Assembly: GCA_027310185.1 (NCBI GenBank)
Contig: DAIDBH010000019.1
Span: forward strand, 96,001-160,000
Reading direction: 5' to 3'
Source of the DNA: Thermoplasmatales archaeon
GTDB lineage: Archaea; Thermoplasmatota; Thermoplasmata; Thermoplasmatales; Thermoplasmataceae
DNA length: 64,000 nucleotides
The notes beneath the pieces were generated by a model that worked only from the letters and a program-made list of their open reading frames with translations, was not told where the DNA came from and did not search any database. Each line of letters starts with the position of its first letter. Within the stretch, counting starts at the first letter, position 1. This document shows positions 50,877 through 60,733 of this stretch, piece after piece. Both the position numbers and the translations under genes were made by a program.

Positions 50877-52070
50877 TTGGATTCGGACTACCTGCAGATT
50901 GGAGGCTTAAAGAAGATAATAGCTGATGATATAAAGATGGAAACTACCCTGGAGGAGAAGGGGAAGATCAGGGAAAGTATCACAATGTGTGATAAAATTA
51001 TAAGTAACCTAAAAATGCTGAAAAAACTTGATGGGAACAGTGTATCATATGATTCACTGATAAAATCATGGGAGAAAAGGAAGGAAGAAATTTCTAATTC
51101 CAATCCTGATACTCTGAAGAAACAGGAAAAGAGGGTTGAAAACAGGAAGACGAGCAAAGGTCTTATAGGACAGATGGAACAGGAATTCAGGAGCAGGATA
51201 ATTGCTCTCATCAGTGACTCTAACGTGAAGTGGTCTGAGATCGGTGGTTTGGAGGAGCAGAAGGAGCTTATCAAGGAGGCCGTTTTTTTTTCCATGGCTC
51301 AACCTGATCTTGATGTTAAGGTACCAAACCTGAGAAACATATTATTATTCGGTCCACCGGGAACTGGCAAGACTACCATTGCAAAGGCTATCAGTTCAAA
51401 TATAGATGCAACCTTTTTCAATGTGCCTGTTTCGGAATTAATTTCCCGCTATGTCGGTGATTCCGAGAGGATAGTTTCTGCACTTTACTCGGTTGCGAAG
51501 GAGAAGGCACCATCAGTGGTATTCCTCGATGAAATTGAATCACTCCTGAGACAGAGAGGTGATGGGAACAAGAATGCTGGTGCCGTTCTGCAACAATTTC
51601 TGTCACAGCTTGACGGCTTCTCTACAGATGATAGTTTTATAATGACTGTTGCTGCTACAAATGTACCGTGGGAACTTGACCAGGCTATCTTATCGAGGTT
51701 TGAGAAGAGAATATACATCGGGTTGCCTGATGCTGAGACAAGAAGAAAGATAATAAATATACATACAACAGGAAAGGGTTATCAGGTGGAAGAATCTCTT
51801 GACAATATCGTAGATAGTACAGACGGTTTTTCAGGGCGGGACCTATTTTACCTTTGCTCTGAGGCGATAAGGAATATGTTGAGGAGAACAAACAGGGGAA
51901 TCATGGAAGACAAGGACAGGGTTATAGGCGGTTCTGAAAAGGTAACCTATAGAGTTAACCCGATAACAAAACAAGACTTTGATGCTGCGCTGTCCAAGAT
52001 AAAGCCTGCGGTAAATGAGGAAATGAGCAAAAAATATTATAAATGGAAGGAGGAATACGCAAATAACTGA
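50877..52070 (+). CDS. Vps4/CdvC-like AAA ATPase with N-terminal MIT-like helical domain
   Basis: GPPGTGKT, SRYVGDSE pore loop, VVFLDEIE, AATNVPWELDQAILSRFEKRIYIGLPD, Vps4_C-like PITKQDFDAALSKIKPAV...YYKW. Confidence 0.82.
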   Translation: MDSDYLQIGGLKKIIADDIKMETTLEEKGKIRESITMCDKIISNLKMLKKLDGNSVSYDSLIKSWEKRKEEISNSNPDTLKKQEKRVENRKTSKGLIGQMEQEFRSRIIALISDSNVKWSEIGGLEEQKELIKEAVFFSMAQPDLDVKVPNLRNILLFGPPGTGKTTIAKAISSNIDATFFNVPVSELISRYVGDSERIVSALYSVAKEKAPSVVFLDEIESLLRQRGDGNKNAGAVLQQFLSQLDGFSTDDSFIMTVAATNVPWELDQAILSRFEKRIYIGLPDAETRRKIINIHTTGKGYQVEESLDNIVDSTDGFSGRDLFYLCSEAIRNMLRRTNRGIMEDKDRVIGGSEKVTYRVNPITKQDFDAALSKIKPAVNEEMSKKYYKWKEEYANN

Positions 52071-52735
52071 TGATATTTATGGGAAAAAATGATGATTTTC
52101 AGTCCCTCATTGAGAGTCTTGCATATTACAGGGGTGATTCAGCCAGATCAGAGGGATTAATGAAGAAATTTATTGGATTGTGGTCTTCCTACGGCGATAA
52201 AAAATTCCTCGGTAAAAAGGGTAAGAAAGTGGTGGGAAAGAGTCTTCAGGAATTGTACGTCATGATCGATGTTTCCAGGGAGCATATCGCAGAATTGCAG
52301 AATTTGATTGATCATATGGAAGATGAAAACGAGGAAATGAACAGGATCAAGAAAATAAGGGCAAAGGATTCCCTGAATGCCGAACTTGTAAAGTTTAATC
52401 ACATGGAGGAGAAATACAAATTCATGTCTATGCTTCAGGCAGTGAATGAGTTGATGTCCGCGAAAGATTCAAAGTTCATGAAGAAACTGGATAAAACTCT
52501 CAAGAATCGCCAGATGATAAGAGAATTCCAGAATTCAATAAAGGAAGAAATCAATGATCACGGAAGAATAATGGAAGATATGGATAATATTGAACTGTAT
52601 TTCGAAACGCTTACTGGAAAAACAGTCAAGCCAGAACCTGAGAGCAAGCTCAACAAACCAGATGAGGTGAGAACTGATTCAGAGAATGAAAAAGATGACA
52701 GCGATAACGAGGATGAAAACCCGCAGGTGATATGA
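52070..52735 (+). CDS. Helical coiled-coil protein with acidic tail (possible divergent ESCRT-III)
   Basis: 221 aa, basic N-terminal patch, heptad helices, very acidic C-terminus; translationally coupled. Confidence 0.5.
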   Translation: MIFMGKNDDFQSLIESLAYYRGDSARSEGLMKKFIGLWSSYGDKKFLGKKGKKVVGKSLQELYVMIDVSREHIAELQNLIDHMEDENEEMNRIKKIRAKDSLNAELVKFNHMEEKYKFMSMLQAVNELMSAKDSKFMKKLDKTLKNRQMIREFQNSIKEEINDHGRIMEDMDNIELYFETLTGKTVKPEPESKLNKPDEVRTDSENEKDDSDNEDENPQVI

Positions 52736-52736
52736 C

Positions 52737-53339
52737 ATGAGTGTTTTCAACAGAAAAACAAAGGAAGAGCTTGAAGTTGAAACCCAGATGAACATCAAGC
52801 TACTCAAGAAGAAAGCAGAGGATTATGCTGGAAAATGTGATACAATGGCACAGAAATATGACTCCCAGAAGGAGGCTGCAAGAACAATAGGGAATAAGAG
52901 CCTTGAGCAGGCATTTGAGGAAAAGGCTAAAAATTTACGTGTCCAGGCATCGAAAATAAGGTCTTTTGTTCTTATTGTGGATGATATTGGAATGATGAAG
53001 GATCAGTCCGCATTGATGAATAGCTTTGCAGAAACAATGAAGACATATGTAAAAACCATCGGTAAGGGTCAGGCCAATGCACAGTGGATGTCCCAGATGG
53101 AATCACAGCTTGATAAGGCAGTGGATGAGAGTGAACGTGTGGGCGATCTTTTCGGTGGATTGTTGCAGGACGTTGGTCTTAACCTGAATTTTGAACTTGA
53201 CTCCATAGGTGGAAGAGAGAAGAAACCAGATGCAAACACAAAGAATGAAGAAAAGGTTGAAGAAGTGAATGTTGATGAAATGGAAAAAAAGTTAAGAGAT
53301 AAACTCAGGGATCTGGATAAGACAGATGTGAAGGAATAA
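52737..53339 (+). CDS. ESCRT-III/Snf7(CdvB)-like protein 2
   Basis: MSVFNRK N-terminus, hairpin turning at AARTIGNK, 200 aa, C-terminal MIM1-like DEMEKKLRDKLRDLDK. Confidence 0.7.
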   Translation: MSVFNRKTKEELEVETQMNIKLLKKKAEDYAGKCDTMAQKYDSQKEAARTIGNKSLEQAFEEKAKNLRVQASKIRSFVLIVDDIGMMKDQSALMNSFAETMKTYVKTIGKGQANAQWMSQMESQLDKAVDESERVGDLFGGLLQDVGLNLNFELDSIGGREKKPDANTKNEEKVEEVNVDEMEKKLRDKLRDLDKTDVKE

Positions 53340-53340
53340 T

Positions 53341-54467
53341 ATGCAGGAAACGGAAAGCCTGAAAAGTTATAGAGAAAAACTGGAAAGAATTAAAAAATCA
53401 GACAGTGAGAGAGAGGCGAAGATTTCTAACTGAAAATTCTTGCTGAAGACATAATTACTAATTCGAAGAATAAGGATGACACAGTAAGGATCGAGTTCCT
53501 TAAGATTGCAGATCAGTGTATCAGTGTTATTGATGGATTCAGGAATAACCCTTCCATAAATATTACTCACAGGGACTCCAGTGCTCAGGAAGGAAAATCA
53601 TTGACTGTTAATGATTCTGCTGACTATTTCAGGAGACTCCATCCTGCAATTTCGTCAACATCATTTGAAGATATTGCTGGACTTACGGATGTGAAGAAGA
53701 TAGTGATGAATCAGATCATTAAAGCCAGGGAGAATCAGGAAATAGCCAGGATGTATGGGATTACTGGAAGGAATATTCTCCTGTTCGGTCCACCTGGAAC
53801 TGGAAAAACAAGTATTGCGCAGGCAATCTCTAATAAGGTGCAGTATCCAATAGTTACCATAACACCTTCAGACATCCTTGATAATAAATTTGGTGAATTC
53901 GAAAAGAATATAAGATCACTCTTTCAGGGCGCAGTGGCGAACAAACCCGTAATATTATTCTTTGATGAATTTGAATCCCTCGCAACAAGGCGTACGAGCA
54001 GTAATTCTTCATATATGAAACGTGGCGTTCCCGAGATGTTGCGGCAAATGACGGATATAAGGAAGCAGCTTGATGGGAAGATAATGATAATAGCTGCAAC
54101 AAACAACCCCTGGGATGTTGACGATGCCATGCTTAATCCTGAAAGATTTGACACGAAGATATTTGTTCCCCCACCAGATGAAACTGCCAGATCAGAGCTT
54201 TTCAGGACTTTTCTAAGGGACCTCAAGGTGTCAGATACAATTGATTACGATGAACTTGGACGGAAGTCAGAAGGATTCACTGGAGCAGATATAAAATATA
54301 TCTGCAAAAGGGCAGCTGAAGAAGTATTTTCTGAGGTCATCGATAGGAATGAGATCAGAGAGATCAATCAGGACGATATTATGAGGTCGCTGGAAAAAAG
54401 TTCCAAATCCATAACATCTGATCTTCTTTCAAGGTATTCCCGATTCATGGAAAAATATCACATTTAG
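53341..54467 (+). CDS. Second Vps4-like AAA ATPase; N-terminal helical domain split by a one-base frameshift near 53427-53430
   Basis: ATG 53341 frame stops at 53433, but the frame from 53430 is open into the AAA domain (GPPGTGKT, ILFFDEFE, AATNNPWDVD, RFDTKIFVPPPD). Confidence 0.78.
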
Positions 54468-54469
54468 CT

Positions 54470-56626
54470 TCATTTTCTTTTCTTCCTGTGTCTAATCATG
54501 ATTCCAGCAGCAGCTGATATTAACACTATGCCTATTCCAAATGAGGCAATTATAACTGTGTCATTTTCTGATGTCTTTGGTTCCTTATTTATGGGAATGA
54601 TGTGGGAGGTGTTAAAAGAGGAAATTAAGGAAATTGACCCTGACCTGAGATTGCTCACATAGAGTAGTTTGTTTAAGGAGTCATAGCCAATCCTGAATGG
54701 GGAGTTTCCTGCTGGTATTCTACCGACAATTCCATTATTCATGGAATTTACAACTGCAATGGAATTATCGCCCTCATCTGCAATATAGACATAACCATTC
54801 TGGGGATCGTAGCAAATTCCTTCTGGTTCTGAACCAATGTAAACTTTCTTAATGATCTCATTCGTGGTGGAATTTAACACTACTAAATTTCCAGAATTAA
54901 AATTTATGACGTATAACTCATTGTTATAAGGATCGCACAGAACACCCTGTGGTCCTGATCCAACGCTAACATTTTTAATAACATTGTTGCTGGAAGTATT
55001 TATTACCGAAAGACTATCACTGGCAAAATTGCCAGTGTATATGTATTTATTTTCCTCGTCAAACGCTATTGAAAGTGGACTTTTCCCAATATTTAAGTTC
55101 GCAATAACCTTATTGTCGTTAGAACTAATTATTGAAAGATTATTCGACTTTTCATTTACTACATATATATCATGATTTATAGGATCATAAGATGCCGCTG
55201 ACGGTCCAAAGCCTACATTTATGGATAAAACATCAGCCTGAGTAGAAGAATTGATAACAGAAATATTATTAGAGTCGTAGTTTGTGACATATAAATTGTT
55301 GTTATATTCATCAAAGGTAACTGAGGATGGTCCAACTCCAACGCCAATGCGAGTTGATATGGTGTTTGTTGTAGAATTAATTACATATACAATATTTGAA
55401 AATGCATCAGAAACGTAATAAAAACCGTTGTACGGATCATAGGTTCCGCCCTGTGGGCCTGACCCGGTACTTATTGATTTTACTACCGATTCAGTTAATG
55501 GATTTAATATTGATATATTTGCACTATATTCGTTCATGACATAGACCTCGTTGTTGAAAGGGTTGTATGTGACACCATAAGGATTTAACCCAGCATTCAC
55601 AATTTTAGTTATAAGGTATGAGGAGGAATTTACAATATATACGTTATCCGAACAGAAGTTAGCAACATAGATCTTCCCATTCCTGGAATTATATGATATA
55701 CCGAATGGGGTAAGGCCAAGAGATATTGTTTTTAATATCTTATTTGAAATGGTACTCACCACACTCATATTGTTTGATTGCTCATTAACGACAAAAAGAT
55801 TGTGACTGCTGGGATCGATAGCCAGTTTTGCTGGACCGTGTCCGACGTTAATCACGAATTCCTCGGTTAGATTTAGATTGTATATTGTTATACTGTTTTT
55901 AGCGTAATTTGCAACATAAATTTCACTGTTACCAGAATCAAAGGCAACTGCCGAAGGAGAACTGGTGATTATGGTGTCAACAACCTGATTTGTGGTAGCA
56001 TTAATCACAGATAGTGTATTCGAGTATGAGTTTGCAACCAGGATATAATTTTTGGATGGCACATATGTAAGTGAATCTGGTCCACTTCCTACATTTATGG
56101 ATCTGACAACCCGGTTCTCTACAGTATTGATTACTGTTACATTTGCAGAACCTTTGTTAGCAACGTATACATCCGAATTTTTAGAATCAAAGGTGATTGC
56201 CTGTGGTGCATCTCCGACACTGAACCAGTTAACGGGTGAGTTAGTTGTTGAATTCAGGCTTAGTACATTATTTGTACAGCAATTGGTCACATACATTTCC
56301 TTGTCATAATTGTCAAAGACTGAACAAGTGGGAACTAAACCGTTGTATCCTCCTGAGATATTTCCTTTAGTCAGCTTTTCACTGAATAGGTTCAGAGTGC
56401 AATTTACCTCACCGGGATTTGTAGAATCTAGTGGAACCCTGGAATCAACCTGAATAGATTTTCCGTAAAGATCCAATCCTGATTGAGCTGGGTTCAAGGA
56501 CGACACACTCCTATATAAACCAGGATTTTGGTATGATTCTGATATTATTGGAATTATGAAGAGCAATATAAGAAAAATTACTATGGTTCTGAGTATAATA
56601 TCTCGGTGCCAAAATGCAATTTTCAT
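54470..56626 (-). CDS. YVTN/YncE beta-propeller repeat surface protein, membrane anchored
   Basis: Many roughly 42-aa repeats of the form I.VG..P..I..D......YV.N..S..ISVI; N-terminal signal and C-terminal TM followed by RHRKKRK. Confidence 0.88.
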   Translation of the reverse strand: MKIAFWHRDIILRTIVIFLILLFIIPIISESYQNPGLYRSVSSLNPAQSGLDLYGKSIQVDSRVPLDSTNPGEVNCTLNLFSEKLTKGNISGGYNGLVPTCSVFDNYDKEMYVTNCCTNNVLSLNSTTNSPVNWFSVGDAPQAITFDSKNSDVYVANKGSANVTVINTVENRVVRSINVGSGPDSLTYVPSKNYILVANSYSNTLSVINATTNQVVDTIITSSPSAVAFDSGNSEIYVANYAKNSITIYNLNLTEEFVINVGHGPAKLAIDPSSHNLFVVNEQSNNMSVVSTISNKILKTISLGLTPFGISYNSRNGKIYVANFCSDNVYIVNSSSYLITKIVNAGLNPYGVTYNPFNNEVYVMNEYSANISILNPLTESVVKSISTGSGPQGGTYDPYNGFYYVSDAFSNIVYVINSTTNTISTRIGVGVGPSSVTFDEYNNNLYVTNYDSNNISVINSSTQADVLSINVGFGPSAASYDPINHDIYVVNEKSNNLSIISSNDNKVIANLNIGKSPLSIAFDEENKYIYTGNFASDSLSVINTSSNNVIKNVSVGSGPQGVLCDPYNNELYVINFNSGNLVVLNSTTNEIIKKVYIGSEPEGICYDPQNGYVYIADEGDNSIAVVNSMNNGIVGRIPAGNSPFRIGYDSLNKLLYVSNLRSGSISLISSFNTSHIIPINKEPKTSENDTVIIASFGIGIVLISAAAGIMIRHRKKRK

Positions 56627-56880
56627 TCCGGATCTATACCAATTTGTTACTTAATTCTATCCATCTAAGGATTTGATAGGCATAAAAAAAATTGAGTAAA
56701 GCACTTTATCAATAAAATTGTGTTTCGTAAATAAAGTTATAATTTAAATACTAAAATTAGAACTGGTGATGCAAAATAGTATAAAAACCCCATGAATTAC
56801 AGGTTTTAAAGATTTTACTAAATATGTTAGTAAGAGGAAACAGATTAAATTTAAATAGGGAATTACAACTAGTAAGCGTT

Positions 56881-58743
56881 ATGAATGACAATTATAGAAA
56901 AAGAAAAATACTGATTGCATTGGGATTAAGTGCCCTTATGATGCTATCCGGGCTATCAGTATTTTCCATGGTAAGCAATGGAAATCACACTAATTTGCTG
57001 GGAACACCAGCAACTAGTTCGAGTACAAATGGTAATAATAGTACTTTGTATCTTTCACCAGGCGCAACGCCTGAGTTCACTGACAATTTTAATCCATATA
57101 ACATTTGGACAGAACCTACAGGTATGATGGGAATGATTTATGAACCCTTATTGCAGGTAAACACGTATAATGGAACAGTTATTCCATGGCTTGCAACTGG
57201 CTATTCATTCAGTAAAAGTGGTTTATATCTTAACATGACACTAAGGCACAATGTAACTTTCTCCAATGGGCAGCCTTTCAACTCATATGACGTTGTTTAT
57301 ACTTTTGATATTGCAAAGAAGGCAGTCAATGGCTGGGGGGCAGTTGAGAATATAAGTGCACCAAGTCTCTATTCAGTATCTTTTAAATTTTACACTCCAC
57401 AAACCAACTATCTCTTTTATATCGGATGTACTGCCATTATGCCAACAAATCAGTCATGGGAACAACAGACAACCAGTACTGGAACTCCAGATCCACAGAG
57501 TGCTGTGGTAACTGATCCAATAGGAACTGGGCCATATGTACTTTCTAGCTTCAGCCCACAGAAGGTTGTCCTGGTAAAGAATCCACATTACTGGCAGAAA
57601 GGACTACCAAGAATAGATAAATTAGTTTATGTTGACTATACAAGTAACAGTGCTCTGAGTCTTGCACTTGCTGAGGGAAAAGTACAATGGGCCTCGGTCT
57701 TTGAACCCAATGTGACTTCTCTCTTTGTACAAAATAATCCAAAAACTAATCATTACTGGTATCCAGCTGGACAGCCAGTGACTATGATGGTAAATGATCT
57801 ATCTCCATTCTTGAACGAAAGTTATGTCAGACAGGCAATAAGTCTGGCCATAAACAGGACCGCAATATGCCAGATTGGAGAATATGGTTATGAAAAGCCT
57901 GCAAATGCAGCTAATATACTGCAGCAACAACTTACTTATCTCAACAAGACCAACCTCAACGAAGCTAATGCCCTTTCGCAATTTAATCCATCTAAAGCGC
58001 TTTCGTTGCTTGAAGATCATGGATTTAAACTTAACAGCAAGAAACAACTTGAATACTCAAACGGTACTCTTGTGCCTACCATATCACTGATGTCAGTCGC
58101 AGGATATTCTGACTGGGATACAGACATAACAATCATTGCCGCAGATCTGCAGGCTATTGGATTAAAAGTTGTTACTACAACACCAACTGCCAGTGATCTA
58201 GCTAGTAACATTGCCGATGGCAACTATCAAATGGCTGTAGATACAGTTTCAGGTATCGGTCCCAACCCATGGTATGATTACAGTGGCTTAGTGGGAAGTG
58301 TAACTCCTATAGGGCAGACAGCATATGTAAATGAGGAGAGATGGAATGCTACAGGCACAGATTTCATGAGTGCTTATGTAAATTTCACCTTAACTGGTAA
58401 CCTGACACTTCAGGATAAATACACAAATGAAATGGTTAACGTAATGTTAAACCAGATGCCAATAATTCCGCTCGTATATTCTGGAGACTGGTATGAATAT
58501 GTGAACAACACCATAGGAGGATGGCCAAACCAGAACAACTCATTCTGGATCCCAATGCCTTGGTATCCTCACCCATCTGAAGTGGTTGTTCTGCATCTTT
58601 ACCCGCTGACAAACGCAAAAGCAATAAAGACAACATCCTTTGTTACCTACGAATATATAGGGGTAGCAATTGTTGTATTAATAGTTGCAGCAGTCGCAGG
58701 AGTTACATTAGTCAACAAAAGGCAGAAGAAAAGAAATGATTAA
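56881..58743 (+). CDS. ABC transporter substrate-binding protein (family 5, Dpp/Opp fold)
   Basis: NFNPY, IYEPL, PWLA, TFSNG..F...DVVYTF, PIGTGPY, NPHYW; C-terminal TM anchor. Confidence 0.9.
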   Translation: MNDNYRKRKILIALGLSALMMLSGLSVFSMVSNGNHTNLLGTPATSSSTNGNNSTLYLSPGATPEFTDNFNPYNIWTEPTGMMGMIYEPLLQVNTYNGTVIPWLATGYSFSKSGLYLNMTLRHNVTFSNGQPFNSYDVVYTFDIAKKAVNGWGAVENISAPSLYSVSFKFYTPQTNYLFYIGCTAIMPTNQSWEQQTTSTGTPDPQSAVVTDPIGTGPYVLSSFSPQKVVLVKNPHYWQKGLPRIDKLVYVDYTSNSALSLALAEGKVQWASVFEPNVTSLFVQNNPKTNHYWYPAGQPVTMMVNDLSPFLNESYVRQAISLAINRTAICQIGEYGYEKPANAANILQQQLTYLNKTNLNEANALSQFNPSKALSLLEDHGFKLNSKKQLEYSNGTLVPTISLMSVAGYSDWDTDITIIAADLQAIGLKVVTTTPTASDLASNIADGNYQMAVDTVSGIGPNPWYDYSGLVGSVTPIGQTAYVNEERWNATGTDFMSAYVNFTLTGNLTLQDKYTNEMVNVMLNQMPIIPLVYSGDWYEYVNNTIGGWPNQNNSFWIPMPWYPHPSEVVVLHLYPLTNAKAIKTTSFVTYEYIGVAIVVLIVAAVAGVTLVNKRQKKRND

Positions 58744-58761
58744 ACATCATTTCCTTCCCTG

Positions 58762-59778
58762 GTGATTTTAACGGCTATACCTGTAAAATATATTATTAAA
58801 CGACTTATAATTTTTGTAAGTGTATTTTTTGGAGCTCTCACTTTAAACTTTGTATTACCACGATTGATGCCAGGAGATCCCGCTGAAATCGTTTATGAAG
58901 ATTTGTTGAAAGACTCTGGAGGCACGATCAATATTGCATATCTACACCAGCTAGAAGCTGAATATGGAATTTCAACCAGTAAGCCAATTTATTTGCAATA
59001 TATTTCTTATCTTAATGACCTATTTCATGGCAATCTTGGTATTTCAATATCCTTTTATCCCGATCCAGTTTCATCAATATTAGCTGAAGCATTACCATGG
59101 ACTTTATTCCTGGTAATATCTGCGGTCACTATTTCATTCTTCATCGGTAACAGGCTCGGTAGATATGCTGGTATCAATAGGAATACTGGAAAAGACCTGA
59201 TAATTGATTTATTCTCCATGTTCATGGCGGCTTTTCCTGCTTTCGTTCTTGCATTTATTATGCTTGACATATTCTCCGTATATGGAAAGTTATTCCCTAT
59301 TGGTGGAGCATACTCCGAATCTGTGAACATGGGTTTCAATATCCCATTCATTATCAGTACATTGTATCACGCAGTCCTGCCTGTAGCAACCATAATCCTG
59401 ACGTCACTAGGCGGATGGGTTCTTGGCATGAGGAATAACATTATACCAAACGTGAATAGTGATTATATCAGCTTCTCCCAGAATTTAGGTATGAAGGATT
59501 ACCAGATAAAAAGCATTGCTTACAGGAATGCCCTTTTGCCAAATCTAACCGGCTTCTCCATGTCAATAGGATTATCTGTAAGCGGTGTTATTATTGAGGA
59601 ATCCATATTCTCTTACCCTGGAGTTGGAATGTACATGATTACGGCCATAGATAACCTTGATTATCCTTTGTTGCAGGGAATATTCCTAATGGTGATAATT
59701 GCAGTTCTTGTTGGAAATCTGATTGTGGATATTCTACTGGGATTCCTTGACCCAAGAATAAAGCAGGAAGGTGAGTAA
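58762..59778 (+). CDS. ABC transporter permease (DppB/OppB type)
   Basis: RLMPGDP, GNLGIS, RNALLP, ESIFSYPG, LDPR. Confidence 0.9.
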   Translation: MILTAIPVKYIIKRLIIFVSVFFGALTLNFVLPRLMPGDPAEIVYEDLLKDSGGTINIAYLHQLEAEYGISTSKPIYLQYISYLNDLFHGNLGISISFYPDPVSSILAEALPWTLFLVISAVTISFFIGNRLGRYAGINRNTGKDLIIDLFSMFMAAFPAFVLAFIMLDIFSVYGKLFPIGGAYSESVNMGFNIPFIISTLYHAVLPVATIILTSLGGWVLGMRNNIIPNVNSDYISFSQNLGMKDYQIKSIAYRNALLPNLTGFSMSIGLSVSGVIIEESIFSYPGVGMYMITAIDNLDYPLLQGIFLMVIIAVLVGNLIVDILLGFLDPRIKQEGE

Positions 59779-60733
59779 TATTCAGGAAAATAAGACGAAA
59801 GAGGGAATAATTTCCAATCTTAGAGAAAACAGGGCATTTGATATACTATTGAAACTCATCAAGCCTCTTGGAGTACTTCTTCAAAATAATAAGGCAAAGG
59901 CAGGCTTTATTCTATTGCTTTCCATAATCATCTTTGCAGTAATAGGTATTTTTTATACTCCTTACCCTCCTAATGCCTATCTATTCAAAAAAAGTATTCC
60001 GCCATCGTACACCCACCTTCTTGGTACAACAGGGTATGGTCAGGACGTGTTCTCGCAACTCATAGGAGGTGCAGCTCCCACGCTGCTTATTGGGTTTTCA
60101 GTTGGCATACTTGGAACACTAATATCAGTTTTCGTTGGAGTTTTATCTGGATTTGCATCGAAGGGAGCTAACGAGGTAATCAATGCCATAGTGAATGTGT
60201 TCCTGGTTATCCCAGGTGTACTACTTATCATGCTCTTTGGAGCATACTTCCTGGGAATTCATCAGAACCTTGGATATTTTCCTACCATTCTAATTCTTGT
60301 CGTAACAGGCTGGGCATTTGGGGCGAGGACCTTCAGATCTGTGACTCTTTCTGTTGCGAAGAGAGATTATATCCTATCTTCCATCCTTATTGGCGAAAAG
60401 AAAATGAGCATTATTTTCAGGCAAATTATCAAATCAATAATGCCTGTAATTGTATCAAATTTCTTCTTCACAGCCATGTATGGTACCATGGGACTCACAT
60501 TTGTTGAATATCTTGGTGTCGGTAACTTGCAGCAGGTTAACTGGGGAACGATGCTTTACTGGGCAATAAATAATGAGGCATACTTGGTTGGGGAATGGTG
60601 GTGGATATTGCCTCCGGCAATCCTTATTGCAGTGTTGATGTTTTCATTTATATTACTAAACTTTGGAATGGATGAAATCGCAAATCCAGCGTTGAGAGTT
60701 TTCAAGATCAAGAAAAATAAGGTGAAAACATGA
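59771..60733 (+). CDS. ABC transporter permease (DppC/OppC type)
   Basis: HLLGTTGYGQDV, EAA-like RDYILSSILIG, NWGTML, WWW. Confidence 0.9.
   Translation: MSNIQENKTKEGIISNLRENRAFDILLKLIKPLGVLLQNNKAKAGFILLLSIIIFAVIGIFYTPYPPNAYLFKKSIPPSYTHLLGTTGYGQDVFSQLIGGAAPTLLIGFSVGILGTLISVFVGVLSGFASKGANEVINAIVNVFLVIPGVLLIMLFGAYFLGIHQNLGYFPTILILVVTGWAFGARTFRSVTLSVAKRDYILSSILIGEKKMSIIFRQIIKSIMPVIVSNFFFTAMYGTMGLTFVEYLGVGNLQQVNWGTMLYWAINNEAYLVGEWWWILPPAILIAVLMFSFILLNFGMDEIANPALRVFKIKKNKVKT

Noticed and set aside
50877-54467. Interpretation as a split Cdc48/VAT, proteasome ATPase PAN or FtsH
   Set aside because: No Cdc48 N-domain, PAN OB domain or FtsH protease domain; each ATPase has its own helical N-domain and Vps4_C-like end
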